Origin: Myxococcota bacterium
GTDB lineage: Bacteria > Myxococcota_A > UBA796 > CAJQPC01
Direction of reading: 5' to 3'
DNA: 31,856 bases
NCBI GenBank assembly: GCA_036012755.1
Contig: DASCPX010000135.1
Coordinates: forward strand, 1-31,856
The position numbers were made by a program, and so were the translations under genes. Of this stretch, positions 1 to 8,602 are shown one piece after another. Position 1 is the first letter of the stretch; every line of letters begins with the position of its first letter. The notes beneath the pieces were generated by a model. The model was not told the DNA's origin, made no database searches, and saw only the letters and a list, made by a program, of their open reading frames with translations.

Positions 1-285
1 CGACGTGTGGGGCGATATCGACACCGACGAGCCTGAGACCAAGGAGCTCGAGGACCTCATGGTGGTCGAAGAGCCGCCCGACGAGGTCCCGGTGGTGGAG
101 CTCTTCAGCGAAGAGCCCGAGGACGCCGCCTTCGAGGAGGAGCTCGACGCCCTGCTCGAAGCAGACCTCGTCGTCGACGTGTGGGGCGATATCGACACCG
201 ACGAGCCTGAGACCAAGGAGCTCGAGGACCTCATGGTGGTCGAAGAGCCGCCCGACGAGGTCCCGGTGGTGGACCTCTTCAGCGA
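1..285. repeat. Intragenic direct repeat, period 174 bp (58 aa)
   Basis: Positions 1-111 match 175-285 with one mismatch (g100 vs c274). Both copies encode DVWGDIDTDEPETKELEDLMVVEEPPDEVPVV(E/D)LFS. The first copy is cut by the window edge. Confidence 0.95.
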
Positions 286-922
286 CGAGGTCGAGGACGA
301 CATCGAGGTGGTCGAGGACGTGCACGACTCCTTCGTCCCAGAGGTCCACGAGCCCAGCTTCGAGCAGGCGAAGGCCTCGGGTCCCGACCTGGCGCTCGGG
401 GCACGCCTGGGCCTCGGTGCCAGCGGCGGTGGCAACCAGGCCAGCCTCTACCTGGGCCTGGAGGCCATCGTCGGCACTCCCTCCCCGAGCATGTCCGTCG
501 CGGTGAGGGTGGGTCGCTACGGTGTGTCCTATGCAGAGGCGCTGCCGCTCCAGCCGGCCATCGGCGGCTACCAAGGCGTCGCCGAGGGCATCGACTGGCA
601 GACCAATGTCCGCACCATGGAAGTCGCCGCCCGCGTCAGCCCGCCGCTCGAGATGCCCCTGGACATGCGCCCCTACGGCATGGCCGGCATAGCCGCCTAC
701 TTCTCGACCCGGATCGACGGGACCCAGAAGACCCGCAGCCTCGGCGGCGGGACGACCTGGGCCCTGGGTCTCGACATCCCCGCAGGTCCAGGCATCATCG
801 CGCCGGAGTTGGCCATCAACACCGGCCGCCAGAGCTTCGACAACACGAACATCACAGGCGGTGAAGCCCGCGAGCGCGTCGGCGGCTTCCGCGGCAACGT
901 CTCCTACCGCTACGTCTTCTAG
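1..922 (+). CDS. 5'-truncated protein: acidic low-complexity repeat region followed by a probable outer-membrane beta-barrel domain
   Basis: The frame is open from the window edge. The N-part is D/E-rich and repeated. The C-part has alternating hydrophobic/polar strands (LALGARLGLG, LYLGLEAIV, RPYGMAGIAAY, WALGLDI) and ends in YRYVF, resembling a terminal-Phe beta-signal. Confidence 0.7.
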   Translation, partial: DVWGDIDTDEPETKELEDLMVVEEPPDEVPVVELFSEEPEDAAFEEELDALLEADLVVDVWGDIDTDEPETKELEDLMVVEEPPDEVPVVDLFSDEVEDDIEVVEDVHDSFVPEVHEPSFEQAKASGPDLALGARLGLGASGGGNQASLYLGLEAIVGTPSPSMSVAVRVGRYGVSYAEALPLQPAIGGYQGVAEGIDWQTNVRTMEVAARVSPPLEMPLDMRPYGMAGIAAYFSTRIDGTQKTRSLGGGTTWALGLDIPAGPGIIAPELAINTGRQSFDNTNITGGEARERVGGFRGNVSYRYVF

Positions 923-924
923 GA

Positions 925-1590
925 ATGAGCATGCTCCTTCTGCTTGCAGCCTGTGGCGACCCTGTCGCCATCCACGACTACACGGCGATCATCAACGTCG
1001 CGCCGGGTCACGGCACCGCGAACGTCGGCGTCGACACGATCATCCAGGTCACCTTCAACGACGACCTCGACGAGTCCAGCCTCGCCGGCGCGATGTGGGT
1101 CGAGGATATCGCCGGCACGCCGGTGACCGCGCTGATGGACTACGACAGCTCGACGCGCACGGTGCACGTAGAGCCGAACGAGGACCTCGAGCGCGACTCC
1201 ATCTACAACGTCGTGGTCACGACCGGTGTCACCGGAGAGGCCTACGGACCGGTGCCTGCCGACATCACGACCTCCTTCTGGACGATCGGCCCCGGCCCCG
1301 CCGGGGGCAACCAGGCCCCGGTCGCGGTGATCAGCGAGCTCGACGCCGTCTGTGTCGTCGGCGAGCCCTATCCCCTGGACGGCGAGGCCAGCTACGACCC
1401 GGACGACGACGAGCTCACCTACCTCTGGCGCATCGTGACAGGCCCCGGCTCCGCCTTCGTCGACCTCTCGGACCAGCCCACAGCCAGCCTGAACACCGAC
1501 GATGGAGCGGTCTTCGTCATCGGCCTGGTCGTGTACGACGGCGCGATCGAGTCCTCGGAAGACTACCTGCGGGTCCAGTGCTTCGAGTAG
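925..1590 (+). CDS. Lipoprotein with bacterial Ig-like (Big_5-type) and PKD-like domains
   Basis: Lipobox LLAAC; Ig-like pattern P.hGt.nV.vDT.I.VTFndDLD...L...s.Y.v.v; PKD-like NQAPVA...LDGEASYDPDDDELTYLW...LVVYDG. The start may be ATG 931, which has AGGA upstream. Confidence 0.8.
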   Translation: MSMLLLLAACGDPVAIHDYTAIINVAPGHGTANVGVDTIIQVTFNDDLDESSLAGAMWVEDIAGTPVTALMDYDSSTRTVHVEPNEDLERDSIYNVVVTTGVTGEAYGPVPADITTSFWTIGPGPAGGNQAPVAVISELDAVCVVGEPYPLDGEASYDPDDDELTYLWRIVTGPGSAFVDLSDQPTASLNTDDGAVFVIGLVVYDGAIESSEDYLRVQCFE

Positions 1591-1594
1591 GAGC

Positions 1595-3076
1595 TCAGTG
1601 GCGGACGCGGGGCAGGTACTCCTCGTAGACGAAGGCGCCCTCGTCGCGCTCACCGTCGTGACAGCTCGTGCAGATCGCCTTCGCCGGCGGGTTCATGGTG
1701 TGGCCCTTGTCCTCGTCGGCCAGGTGCTCCTCGCCCGGGCCGTGGCATGACTCGCAGCCGACGTTCTTCAGGGGTCCGACGTCGTGAGCGGTCGTCGGAC
1801 CGCCCATGCCCGCACCGGTGACGTGGCAGCTGAAGCAGTCGGACTCGAGGTGCCGTCGAGCCTTCACCAAGGTGTCGTAGGCCTGGGCGTGCCCGGTGGT
1901 AGTCCACTGCTCGTACTGGGTCGTGTGGCACCCGCGGCATGACTGCGAGCCCAGGAAGGGGCCGCTCGGTGCATCGCTCTCGACGACGGGCGGTGCCAGC
2001 CCGCTGATGGCCTCCTTCGTCGCCTGGACCATGACGTCGGTAGCCGCGTGACCGTCGTACTTCGTGTCCAGGGGCACGAGCTGGTTCTGGAAGCTGTGGG
2101 CGAGCACCTCTGGCGCGGACTCCAGGGCAAGGATCTCGGCGCGGACCTCTGCGAGCTCGGCCTCGTAGTAGTCGATGCGCGTCTGGTATCGAGCGCTCAG
2201 GGTCTCGTCGTCGGCCCCGTCGAGGTCCGCGCGAGCCTTGGCGAGCCGCTCCTCCAGCCGGTCCCGCTCCTCCTCCAGCTGAACGGCTCCGCCAGCGTCG
2301 ATCCAGGACTCCGCTCCCTCGACGAAGGTCATGCGGAGCCAGCCGAGCTTCTTGCTGCGCGAGCCGCTGGCGAGGTGAAAGCCCCCGCCGTCGAGCGGCC
2401 GTGGGTTGCCCCAGGACTGGCGACCGTGACCGTTGACGATGAAGTCGATGCCCTCGACGTCGCGAGAGATCGCCTGGTCCACCGCCGAGGTGGAGTGGCT
2501 GACGAGCACGACGACGTCGACGTCACCGAGCTCCTCTACGCCCTGGGCCGCTGCCGCCTTGGGCTGGGCGCTGAGCTCGCAGCCCTCTCCAGGCACGCCC
2601 ACGACACCGATGAGCCCGATGGTGTGCCCCCCACGCTCGACGGTGCGGGTCAGCGGCCAGGTGGTGGTCCCGCAGACGAGGTTTCCCGCCAGGACCGGGA
2701 TGCCATGGTCCGTCGTGAGCCTGGAGAAGGCCTGGAGACCCAGGGCGAGGTCGCCCTCTCCCGGGACCATGGCGTCGACGCCTCCGAGAGCGAAGGCCCT
2801 CGCCTGGAGCTCCGCCTTCAGCAGCCGCTGCTCCACGTCGGCCTTCGGCAGACTCGAGCTCTTCCAGAACAGGTCGCCGCCGTCGACGACCACGCGGACC
2901 TCGTCGCCTCGCGCCTCGAGCAGACTGTTGCGCCTGGACAGACCGCCCAGCGGCTTCTTGGGTCAGCCACAGGGCTCGATCTCACCGTCCACGTTCGCCG
3001 AGTAGACCAGGGCGATGTGGTCGGCGGGCTCATCCTCTGCGGGAGCCTCGGAGCACGCGAGGAGCAAGGAGATCAC
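1595..3076 (-). CDS. Selenocysteine-containing UshA-like lipoprotein fused to a tetraheme (c554-like) cytochrome c domain, 493 aa, U38
   Basis: GTG at 3076 overlaps the upstream stop (GTGA). The frame reads MISLLLAC...YSANVDGEIEPCG-TGA-PKKPLGGLSRR...VVVDGGDLF and continues into the 1595..2893 ORF. A SECIS-like hairpin follows the TGA. Heme motifs: CRGCH, CFSCH, CESCH, CTSCH. Confidence 0.9.
2931..2952 (-). promoter_or_regulatory. Bacterial SECIS-like hairpin
   Basis: mRNA: UGA-CCCAAGAAGC-CG-CUGGGC-[GGUCU]-GUCCAG-G-CG. A 6-bp upper stem (one G-U pair) extends by 2 bp past a bulged G. The loop starts 18 nt after UGA and resembles the GGUC(U) apical loop of the E. coli fdhF SECIS. Confidence 0.8.
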
Positions 3077-4569
3077 TGGCCCTCCGCGCCCTCATCCAGA
3101 CCGGGCAGCTCCTTGCCCATCTCGTCCTCCATCTTCTCGCGGCGCTCCTGGGTCTCGGCCACCTTCTTCTTCTTGCGGCGCTGCTCTCTGAGGGCGTCCT
3201 CGAGCACCGACTGGATCGACCAGTCGACGAGGTAGACATTGGGCTCGCCCTCGAGCATCACGTAGAGCCGGCGGACCTGCCGGTCCTCGAAGTCGGTGCG
3301 CTCGGGGCCCGCGTCACCGATGAGGACGACCTTGGTGTTGCCGACATCGTCCGACGCGGCGATGCGAGCGGTGGGGGCGTCGAGGCCGTAGGGCGCCAGC
3401 GACCTCGGGTCGTCGTCGACGAACTCCTCGGCCTCCAGGCTGGTCACTCGTGAGGCGAGCCGGCGCGGCGTGGAGCCGGGCACGGGGCTTCCGTCCCACC
3501 ACTGCCAGACGTCACCGACCTTGCGCAGCGTGACCTCCTCTCCGACCAGGGCGTCGTCGTCGTCAGAGCGCAGCAGCGTACCGACGACCTGGACGACGTC
3601 GTCCTCGTCGAGCTCGACGACGCGGGCCTCGCGCAGCCGCTCCGTGTCGACGAGGAAGTCCTCGAGCATCTGGTCCTTCGCCGTGTACACGGTGCCGTCG
3701 CCTTCCAGCATCATGTAGGCCACCGGCGGATCGGAGTCGTCGATCAAGCGCGTCCCGACGAGCAGGGTCATCGGCTCCCGGGTCCCGAAGGCGATGGTGA
3801 TGCGAGCCCTCGGAGGCTCCAGTCCGTAGTCGGCGAGGTCGTCGGGGTCGTCGACGACGAAGTCCGTGGCCTTGAGCGCGCCGACGCGACCGAGCAGGGA
3901 GCGGGCCTTGTCCAGGGACACCGCCATCTCGCTCGGCTCGAGCATGACCCAGCGCTTCTCTCCGGTGCGCTGGAGCTTCAGGCGACGACCCCCGGGGAGG
4001 TCCGCCTCGATGAGGTCCGCGTCCTTGCTGTTGAAGCCGGCGAAGCGCCGCTCGCGGAAGTCGTCGAAGTCCAGCGAGTAGTAGTCCACGGCGGACTTCT
4101 TGACGGTGTAGATCGTCTCGCCCGGGAGTGGCTGGATGTAGTAGCTGACAGCGCTGGGGTTCGGGTCGCCCCCATAGAACTCGATGTTCGCGCCGTCCCG
4201 CATCGTCAGCGTCACGTGCACGCGCTGAGAGGGTCCCAGGCCGTAGAGCGCCGGCTCCTTGGTGTCCTCGACGACCTGGGCGCGGGCTGTGAGGTCGTGC
4301 AGCTGGTGCTTGACCCGGTTGACCATCGACTTGCTGGCCCGGAAGCCGGTCTCCTCGATGACCCAGCCGGTGTCGGTCTCGCTCAGGGTGATCTCGCTGC
4401 CGTCGGGCCGCAGCACGTGCGCCTTCACGAGATCCTGCTTCTCGAAGACGTAGATGGCTCGGTCGGCGTCCTCGCCGACCTGCTCCGGGGGCTTCTCGAC
4501 GAAGACCACGAAGATGATGACGGCGATGAGCACCAGCGCCGCAAGGAGGGTCCCGCGGAAGGTCTTCAT
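3073..4569 (-). CDS. DUF4340-type protein (N-terminal membrane anchor, repeated periplasmic domains), 498 aa
   Basis: The start is re-called to ATG 4569 (MKTFRGTLLAALVLIAV, GGAGAG upstream, ATGA overlap with the GldG-like stop). Three internal repeats carry the L..YGL..P...i motif. It lies downstream of a GldG-like gene, as is typical. Confidence 0.85.
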   Translation of the reverse strand: MKTFRGTLLAALVLIAVIIFVVFVEKPPEQVGEDADRAIYVFEKQDLVKAHVLRPDGSEITLSETDTGWVIEETGFRASKSMVNRVKHQLHDLTARAQVVEDTKEPALYGLGPSQRVHVTLTMRDGANIEFYGGDPNPSAVSYYIQPLPGETIYTVKKSAVDYYSLDFDDFRERRFAGFNSKDADLIEADLPGGRRLKLQRTGEKRWVMLEPSEMAVSLDKARSLLGRVGALKATDFVVDDPDDLADYGLEPPRARITIAFGTREPMTLLVGTRLIDDSDPPVAYMMLEGDGTVYTAKDQMLEDFLVDTERLREARVVELDEDDVVQVVGTLLRSDDDDALVGEEVTLRKVGDVWQWWDGSPVPGSTPRRLASRVTSLEAEEFVDDDPRSLAPYGLDAPTARIAASDDVGNTKVVLIGDAGPERTDFEDRQVRRLYVMLEGEPNVYLVDWSIQSVLEDALREQRRKKKKVAETQERREKMEDEMGKELPGLDEGAEGQ

Positions 4570-6041
4570 CGTCCTCTCCTGCTGGCCCAGACCCCGGCTC
4601 CGACGAGCAGCGTCAACATCGGGAACAGCCCGAGGACCATCCACAGGATGCGGTTGTTGTCCTCTTCGGTGAGCGCCAGCCGGCGGACCGAGGTCGGGCT
4701 ACCGATGAGGCTGATCCTGGCGTCGTCCCAGACGAGCCAGCGGAAGGCGTTGACAGCGAAGGTCGCGTTGCCCGGTCCCTCGGCGAGCAGGTCGTTGGTG
4801 GCGAAGTCCGAGTCGCCGATGACGAGCACCCGGGAGACGCGCTTGCCGGCGTTGACGATGGACTCCCCGCCAGGCTGGAGCTCCAGGGCCCAGGCGAAGG
4901 TGACCGGTCCGGCGAGGTCGATGTCCGGCTCGTAGACGCCGCCACCGCCCACCTCGAGCTGACCACCACGGTCGATCCAGCCATCGCGCGAGGTCTTCAG
5001 GACCTCTTTGGCCCGCATCCACTCCGGGGGTTCGTCCGGGAGGCGGACTCCGGCGATGTGGTCGAGCACGGTGAGCATGTGCTCGTCGCGGAGCTCGTCG
5101 ACGGTCGAGTGCCTGGCGTACTGGACCACCGGGCGTCCCTTGAAGGGGGCGATGAACTGCACGTCGGCCACGATGCCCTCTGGCACGGTCACGTCCAGGC
5201 GCTCGAGCACTGTCGGCAGCGGCGTGCCGGGGTCGAGGAGCACCATCAGCGCTCCCCCGCCGGCGACATAGGCGACCAGCGCGTCATCGACGCCCTGGGT
5301 CAGGGGGGCCTTCGGCGCGGCGACGAGCAGGCCGCTGGCGTCAACGGGCACGATGGGGATGCCGGCGGCGTCGCGATCCCGGTAGGGGTCCCAGACCTCG
5401 AGCTCGTAGTTCTCGTTGTCCAGCAGATCGACGAGCTCGGAGAGTCCGTCCGGGCCGGGCTCCTCTGGGTCCTTCTCCCCGTGTCCCCGCAGCATGTAGA
5501 CCGTGCGCCGCCGCTTCGAGAGGAGCTGGGAGGCGGCGCGGTTGAAGCTGGCCTCGCCAAGGAACTCCAGCCTCCGGTCAGCTCCCTTGCCGACGTTGCG
5601 AAAGAGCTCGCGGGCCTTGACGTCGACGCGCTCGTCGCCGCGCTTGATGACCATGTGGCCGTACTCGCGCACGCCGAGGTTCTCCGCCGTGAGCCGCTCC
5701 TTGTCGAAGTCGACCCAGTCGGTCTCGACCGCGCTGGACTGGTAGTCGAGCTCCAACAGCAGGTCCCGCATCGCCCGGTTCTTGAAGTAGGTGTCCTTCT
5801 TGCCGTCCTGGAAGGTGAAGGCCGTGACCTGGACCAGCTCGCCCTCCTCGTCGAGGCCGCCGAGCTTCTTCAGGGTGTCCTTCTGGAGCTGGTTCGCGCC
5901 GGACTCGGAGACGTCGATCCTGACGCGGTTCCGGTCCGCGATGCCGTAGAGCACGCCGACGAGCACGACGACGAGCACGGTCACCAGGGTGGCGTTGCCC
6001 CCATGGGCGAGGGCGCGACGGACGTTCCTGCTCAGCGCCAT
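4566..6041 (-). CDS. GldG-family ABC transporter auxiliary component, 491 aa
   Basis: The start is re-called to ATG 6041 (MALSRNVRR). N-terminal TM followed by RIDVS; YMLRGHGEK; RVLVIGDSDFATN...GNATFAVNAFRWL; C-terminal TM ending W...RR. Confidence 0.88.
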   Translation of the reverse strand: MALSRNVRRALAHGGNATLVTVLVVVLVGVLYGIADRNRVRIDVSESGANQLQKDTLKKLGGLDEEGELVQVTAFTFQDGKKDTYFKNRAMRDLLLELDYQSSAVETDWVDFDKERLTAENLGVREYGHMVIKRGDERVDVKARELFRNVGKGADRRLEFLGEASFNRAASQLLSKRRRTVYMLRGHGEKDPEEPGPDGLSELVDLLDNENYELEVWDPYRDRDAAGIPIVPVDASGLLVAAPKAPLTQGVDDALVAYVAGGGALMVLLDPGTPLPTVLERLDVTVPEGIVADVQFIAPFKGRPVVQYARHSTVDELRDEHMLTVLDHIAGVRLPDEPPEWMRAKEVLKTSRDGWIDRGGQLEVGGGGVYEPDIDLAGPVTFAWALELQPGGESIVNAGKRVSRVLVIGDSDFATNDLLAEGPGNATFAVNAFRWLVWDDARISLIGSPTSVRRLALTEEDNNRILWMVLGLFPMLTLLVGAGVWASRRGR

Positions 6042-6742
6042 CGTCGACTCTCGAGCGCTCGGTAGGTCAGGAACAGGAACACGAAGGTGAAGGCGACGAA
6101 GTAGAGGATGTCCGCGGAGTCGATGACTCCCTTCGTGAAGCCGCGGAGGTGCGGCAACAGCGCCAGCTGGTCCAACACGGCCTGGGCCTTGTCGCCGACG
6201 AGCGCGCCCGCGGAGCCGATCATCCAGAAGGGCAGCAGCATCACGATGCCGCCCATGCCCGCGGCCACCTGGTCGTTCGTCAGGCTGGAGGCGAAGATCC
6301 CGGTCGCGCAGAAGGCCGCGCAGACGAGCAGCAGGCCGAGGTAGCTGGTCCCGACGATGCCCCAGTCCGGGTCGCCGTAGTAGGCCAGGATGGCCGGGAA
6401 CAGAAGCGTGCCCGCCAGCATCAACACGCACATCGCCAGCGACGCCAGCCACTTGCCGACGATGAGGCTCACCGGGGACAGGGGCGAGGTCATCAACAGC
6501 TCGAAGGTGCCGCTGTCCTGTTCCTCCGCGAAGTGCCGCATGGTCAGCATCGGCAGCACGAAGATCAAGGCGACGGCGAGGTTTCCGAGCATCACCCGCA
6601 GGCTCGCCTCCCCCGTCAGCGCGACCCCCAGGTAGAAGAACATGCCCGCGATGAGCAGGAAGACGCCGAGGAAGACGTAGGCCAGCGGCGAGACGAAGTA
6701 GACCCGCAGCTCCTTCTTGAAGATGGTCCAGACGGCCCTCAT
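6032..6742 (-). CDS. ABC-2 type transporter permease (GldF-like)
   Basis: MRAVWTIFKKELRVYFVSPLAY, LTMRHFAEEQDSGTFELLMTSP...IVGKWLA, ASSLTNDQVAA, C-terminal LESRRWR; about six TM segments. Confidence 0.93.
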   Translation of the reverse strand: MRAVWTIFKKELRVYFVSPLAYVFLGVFLLIAGMFFYLGVALTGEASLRVMLGNLAVALIFVLPMLTMRHFAEEQDSGTFELLMTSPLSPVSLIVGKWLASLAMCVLMLAGTLLFPAILAYYGDPDWGIVGTSYLGLLLVCAAFCATGIFASSLTNDQVAAGMGGIVMLLPFWMIGSAGALVGDKAQAVLDQLALLPHLRGFTKGVIDSADILYFVAFTFVFLFLTYRALESRRWR

Positions 6743-7650
6743 GCGCGCGCCTCGTGACCGACCAGGGCCAGGAAGGCGTCCTCCAGGGAGGGGACGACCT
6801 TCTCCAGGCTGACGAGGTCCCAGCCGTTTTCGACGACCATGCGCGCGATCGCCGGCCGCGGGTCCCGCGAAGCCCGCACGACCACCACCTCGCCAGGATC
6901 GACCTGGTCGACCTCTGGTAGGGTGCCGATGGCGACCGCGACGTCCACGCCACCTCGCACCTCGACCCGGTAGTGGGTCGGCGCGGCCTGCTCGCGGACC
7001 TCTTCCATCGTGCCCTTCGCGGCGATGTGGCCCTTGTCGATGACGACGACGTGAGAGCAGAGCTCCTCGACCTCTCGGAGGATGTGGGTTGAGAGCACGA
7101 CGGTGTGATCTCCGGCGAGGTCCTCGATCAACGCCCTGACCCCGACGACCTGGGCCGGATCGAGCCCGCTGGTGGGTTCGTCGAGGATGAGCACGGGGGG
7201 GTCGTGGACCAGGGCCTGCGCGAGCCCCACGCGCTGCCTGTAGCCCTTGGAGAGGCTGCCGGTGATGCGCCGCTCCCAGCCACGCAGGCCGACCCGCTCC
7301 ATGACCTCGCCGATGCGGCGGTCGGCTTCGGCCCCGCGGATGCCTCGCAGCTCCGCGACGAAGCGCAGGTAGGCGCCGACTGTGAGCTCACGGTACAGCG
7401 GCGGCCTCTCGGGCAGGTAGCCGACCCTCCGCTTGACCTCGATGGCGTCCTCGAAGACGTCGTGACCGGCCACTACCGCGGTGCCATCGGTCGCCGGCAG
7501 GAAGCCGGTGAGGACGCGCATGGTCGTGGTCTTCCCGGCGCCATTGGGGCCGATGAAGCCGAGGATCTGCCCCTCGCCGACGCAAAACTCCAAGTCTTCC
7601 ACGGCGGTGAAGGGGCCGTAGCGCTTGGTCAGCTTCTTGACTTCGATCAT
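6739..7650 (-). CDS. ABC transporter ATP-binding protein (GldA-like), 303 aa
   Basis: The start is re-called to ATG 7650 (MIEVKKLTKRYG). Walker A GPNGAGKTT, signature LSKGYRQR, Walker B LILDEPTSGLDP, H-loop LSTH. Confidence 0.95.
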   Translation of the reverse strand: MIEVKKLTKRYGPFTAVEDLEFCVGEGQILGFIGPNGAGKTTTMRVLTGFLPATDGTAVVAGHDVFEDAIEVKRRVGYLPERPPLYRELTVGAYLRFVAELRGIRGAEADRRIGEVMERVGLRGWERRITGSLSKGYRQRVGLAQALVHDPPVLILDEPTSGLDPAQVVGVRALIEDLAGDHTVVLSTHILREVEELCSHVVVIDKGHIAAKGTMEEVREQAAPTHYRVEVRGGVDVAVAIGTLPEVDQVDPGEVVVVRASRDPRPAIARMVVENGWDLVSLEKVVPSLEDAFLALVGHEARA

Positions 7651-7682
7651 CGCCTGCAGTGCGCCTGAGCGGAGGGAGTGTA

Positions 7683-8204
7683 ATGCTTCCGCCTGTGATG
7701 GCAAGCGGCCTGATAGCGCTGTGGTTGTACCTCTCCGTAGCCGCCGCGGAGACCGTCGATGTCCTGCTCTCGGTGGTCGGGACGCGGGTCGTGGCGGCCT
7801 CTGACGTCGCCTTCGAAGAGGCCTATGCAGCCCACGATGTGTCCCCCCTTCCACCCTTCGAGCAGGCCACCGACTGGCTGCTGGTCGTCGAGGACTACCG
7901 GAGACTCCGCGTCCTCGCCGGAGACGCGCGGCTCTTCCATCCCCCGGTCGCCAGCGTCGACGCTCGCCTGGCCGCGTTCTCGGACTCCTTCGACACGCGC
8001 GAGGACTACCGGGCCTTCCTCGCGACCTGGCAGCTCGACGAGGAGGCCCTGCGCGAGCACGTCTACGCCCGCATGGTCGTCGAGTCCTACGTGGGCCGTG
8101 CCCTCGGCGAGGTGGACGACCCCGTCACCTGGGACGCCGCGTGGCAGACCTGGATCGCAAACCAGCGCGAGGCGCTGCCCTCGAAGAGGCTGGAGGCACC
8201 ATGA
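7683..8204 (+). CDS. Secreted hypothetical protein, SurA N-terminal-like helical domain without a PPIase domain
   Basis: Signal peptide ending VAAA-E, then ETVDVLLSVVGTRVVAASDV, which resembles the SurA_N start, and F...E.YRAFL.....L.EEALREHV. The start is uncertain (7683, 7695 or 7698). Confidence 0.6.
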   Translation: MLPPVMASGLIALWLYLSVAAAETVDVLLSVVGTRVVAASDVAFEEAYAAHDVSPLPPFEQATDWLLVVEDYRRLRVLAGDARLFHPPVASVDARLAAFSDSFDTREDYRAFLATWQLDEEALREHVYARMVVESYVGRALGEVDDPVTWDAAWQTWIANQREALPSKRLEAP

Positions 8205-8602
8205 TCCGCGCTGCCACCGAAGAGGACCTCCTGAGGATCGCCGAACTCGGCGACGAGGCCGAGCGGCAGGGCTGGACCCTGGAGCAGCTGCGAGGAGGCC
8301 TCGAGTCCGGGCTGAAAAGGGTCGTGGTCGCCGGCGAGGGCTCCTGGGCCATCGGCCAGGCGGTCGCGGGCGAGGCCCACATCCTGGATGTCCGCGTCGC
8401 CCCAAAGAGGCGTCGCCGCGGGCTCGGGAGCGCGCTGGTGGAGGCGCTGGTAGAGGCCTGCGAGGCCGAGGTGGCCCACCTGGAGGTCCGGGCTGACAAC
8501 ACAGGCGCCGTCTCGCTCTACGAGAGCCTTGGCTTCGAGGTCGTGGGCCGCCGCGCGGCCTACTACGGTGGCTGCGACGCGCTGCTCATGAGCCGGCCTT
8601 AG
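8201..8602 (+). CDS. rimI: GNAT acetyltransferase, RimI-like
   Basis: ATG 8201 (GGAGG upstream, ATGA overlap). EAHILDVRVAPKRRRRGLGSALV, HLEVRADNTGAVSLYESLGFEVVGRRAAYY...DALLM. Confidence 0.8.
   Translation: MIRAATEEDLLRIAELGDEAERQGWTLEQLRGGLESGLKRVVVAGEGSWAIGQAVAGEAHILDVRVAPKRRRRGLGSALVEALVEACEAEVAHLEVRADNTGAVSLYESLGFEVVGRRAAYYGGCDALLMSRP

Noticed and set aside
1..285. Direct repeat as a possible CRISPR array or IS end
   Set aside because: The unit is long, in frame and coding. There is no short repeat-spacer periodicity and no cas or transposase gene.
4566..6953. 795-aa ORF as listed in the track
   Set aside because: Its N-terminal ~300 aa is an off-frame shadow of the permease and ATPase genes. 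The GldG-like protein starts at ATG 6041.
4566..7650. Calling the ABC cassette gldAFG gliding-motility genes
   Set aside because: The family resemblance is clear, but a gliding role is established only in Bacteroidota, so gene symbols are withheld.
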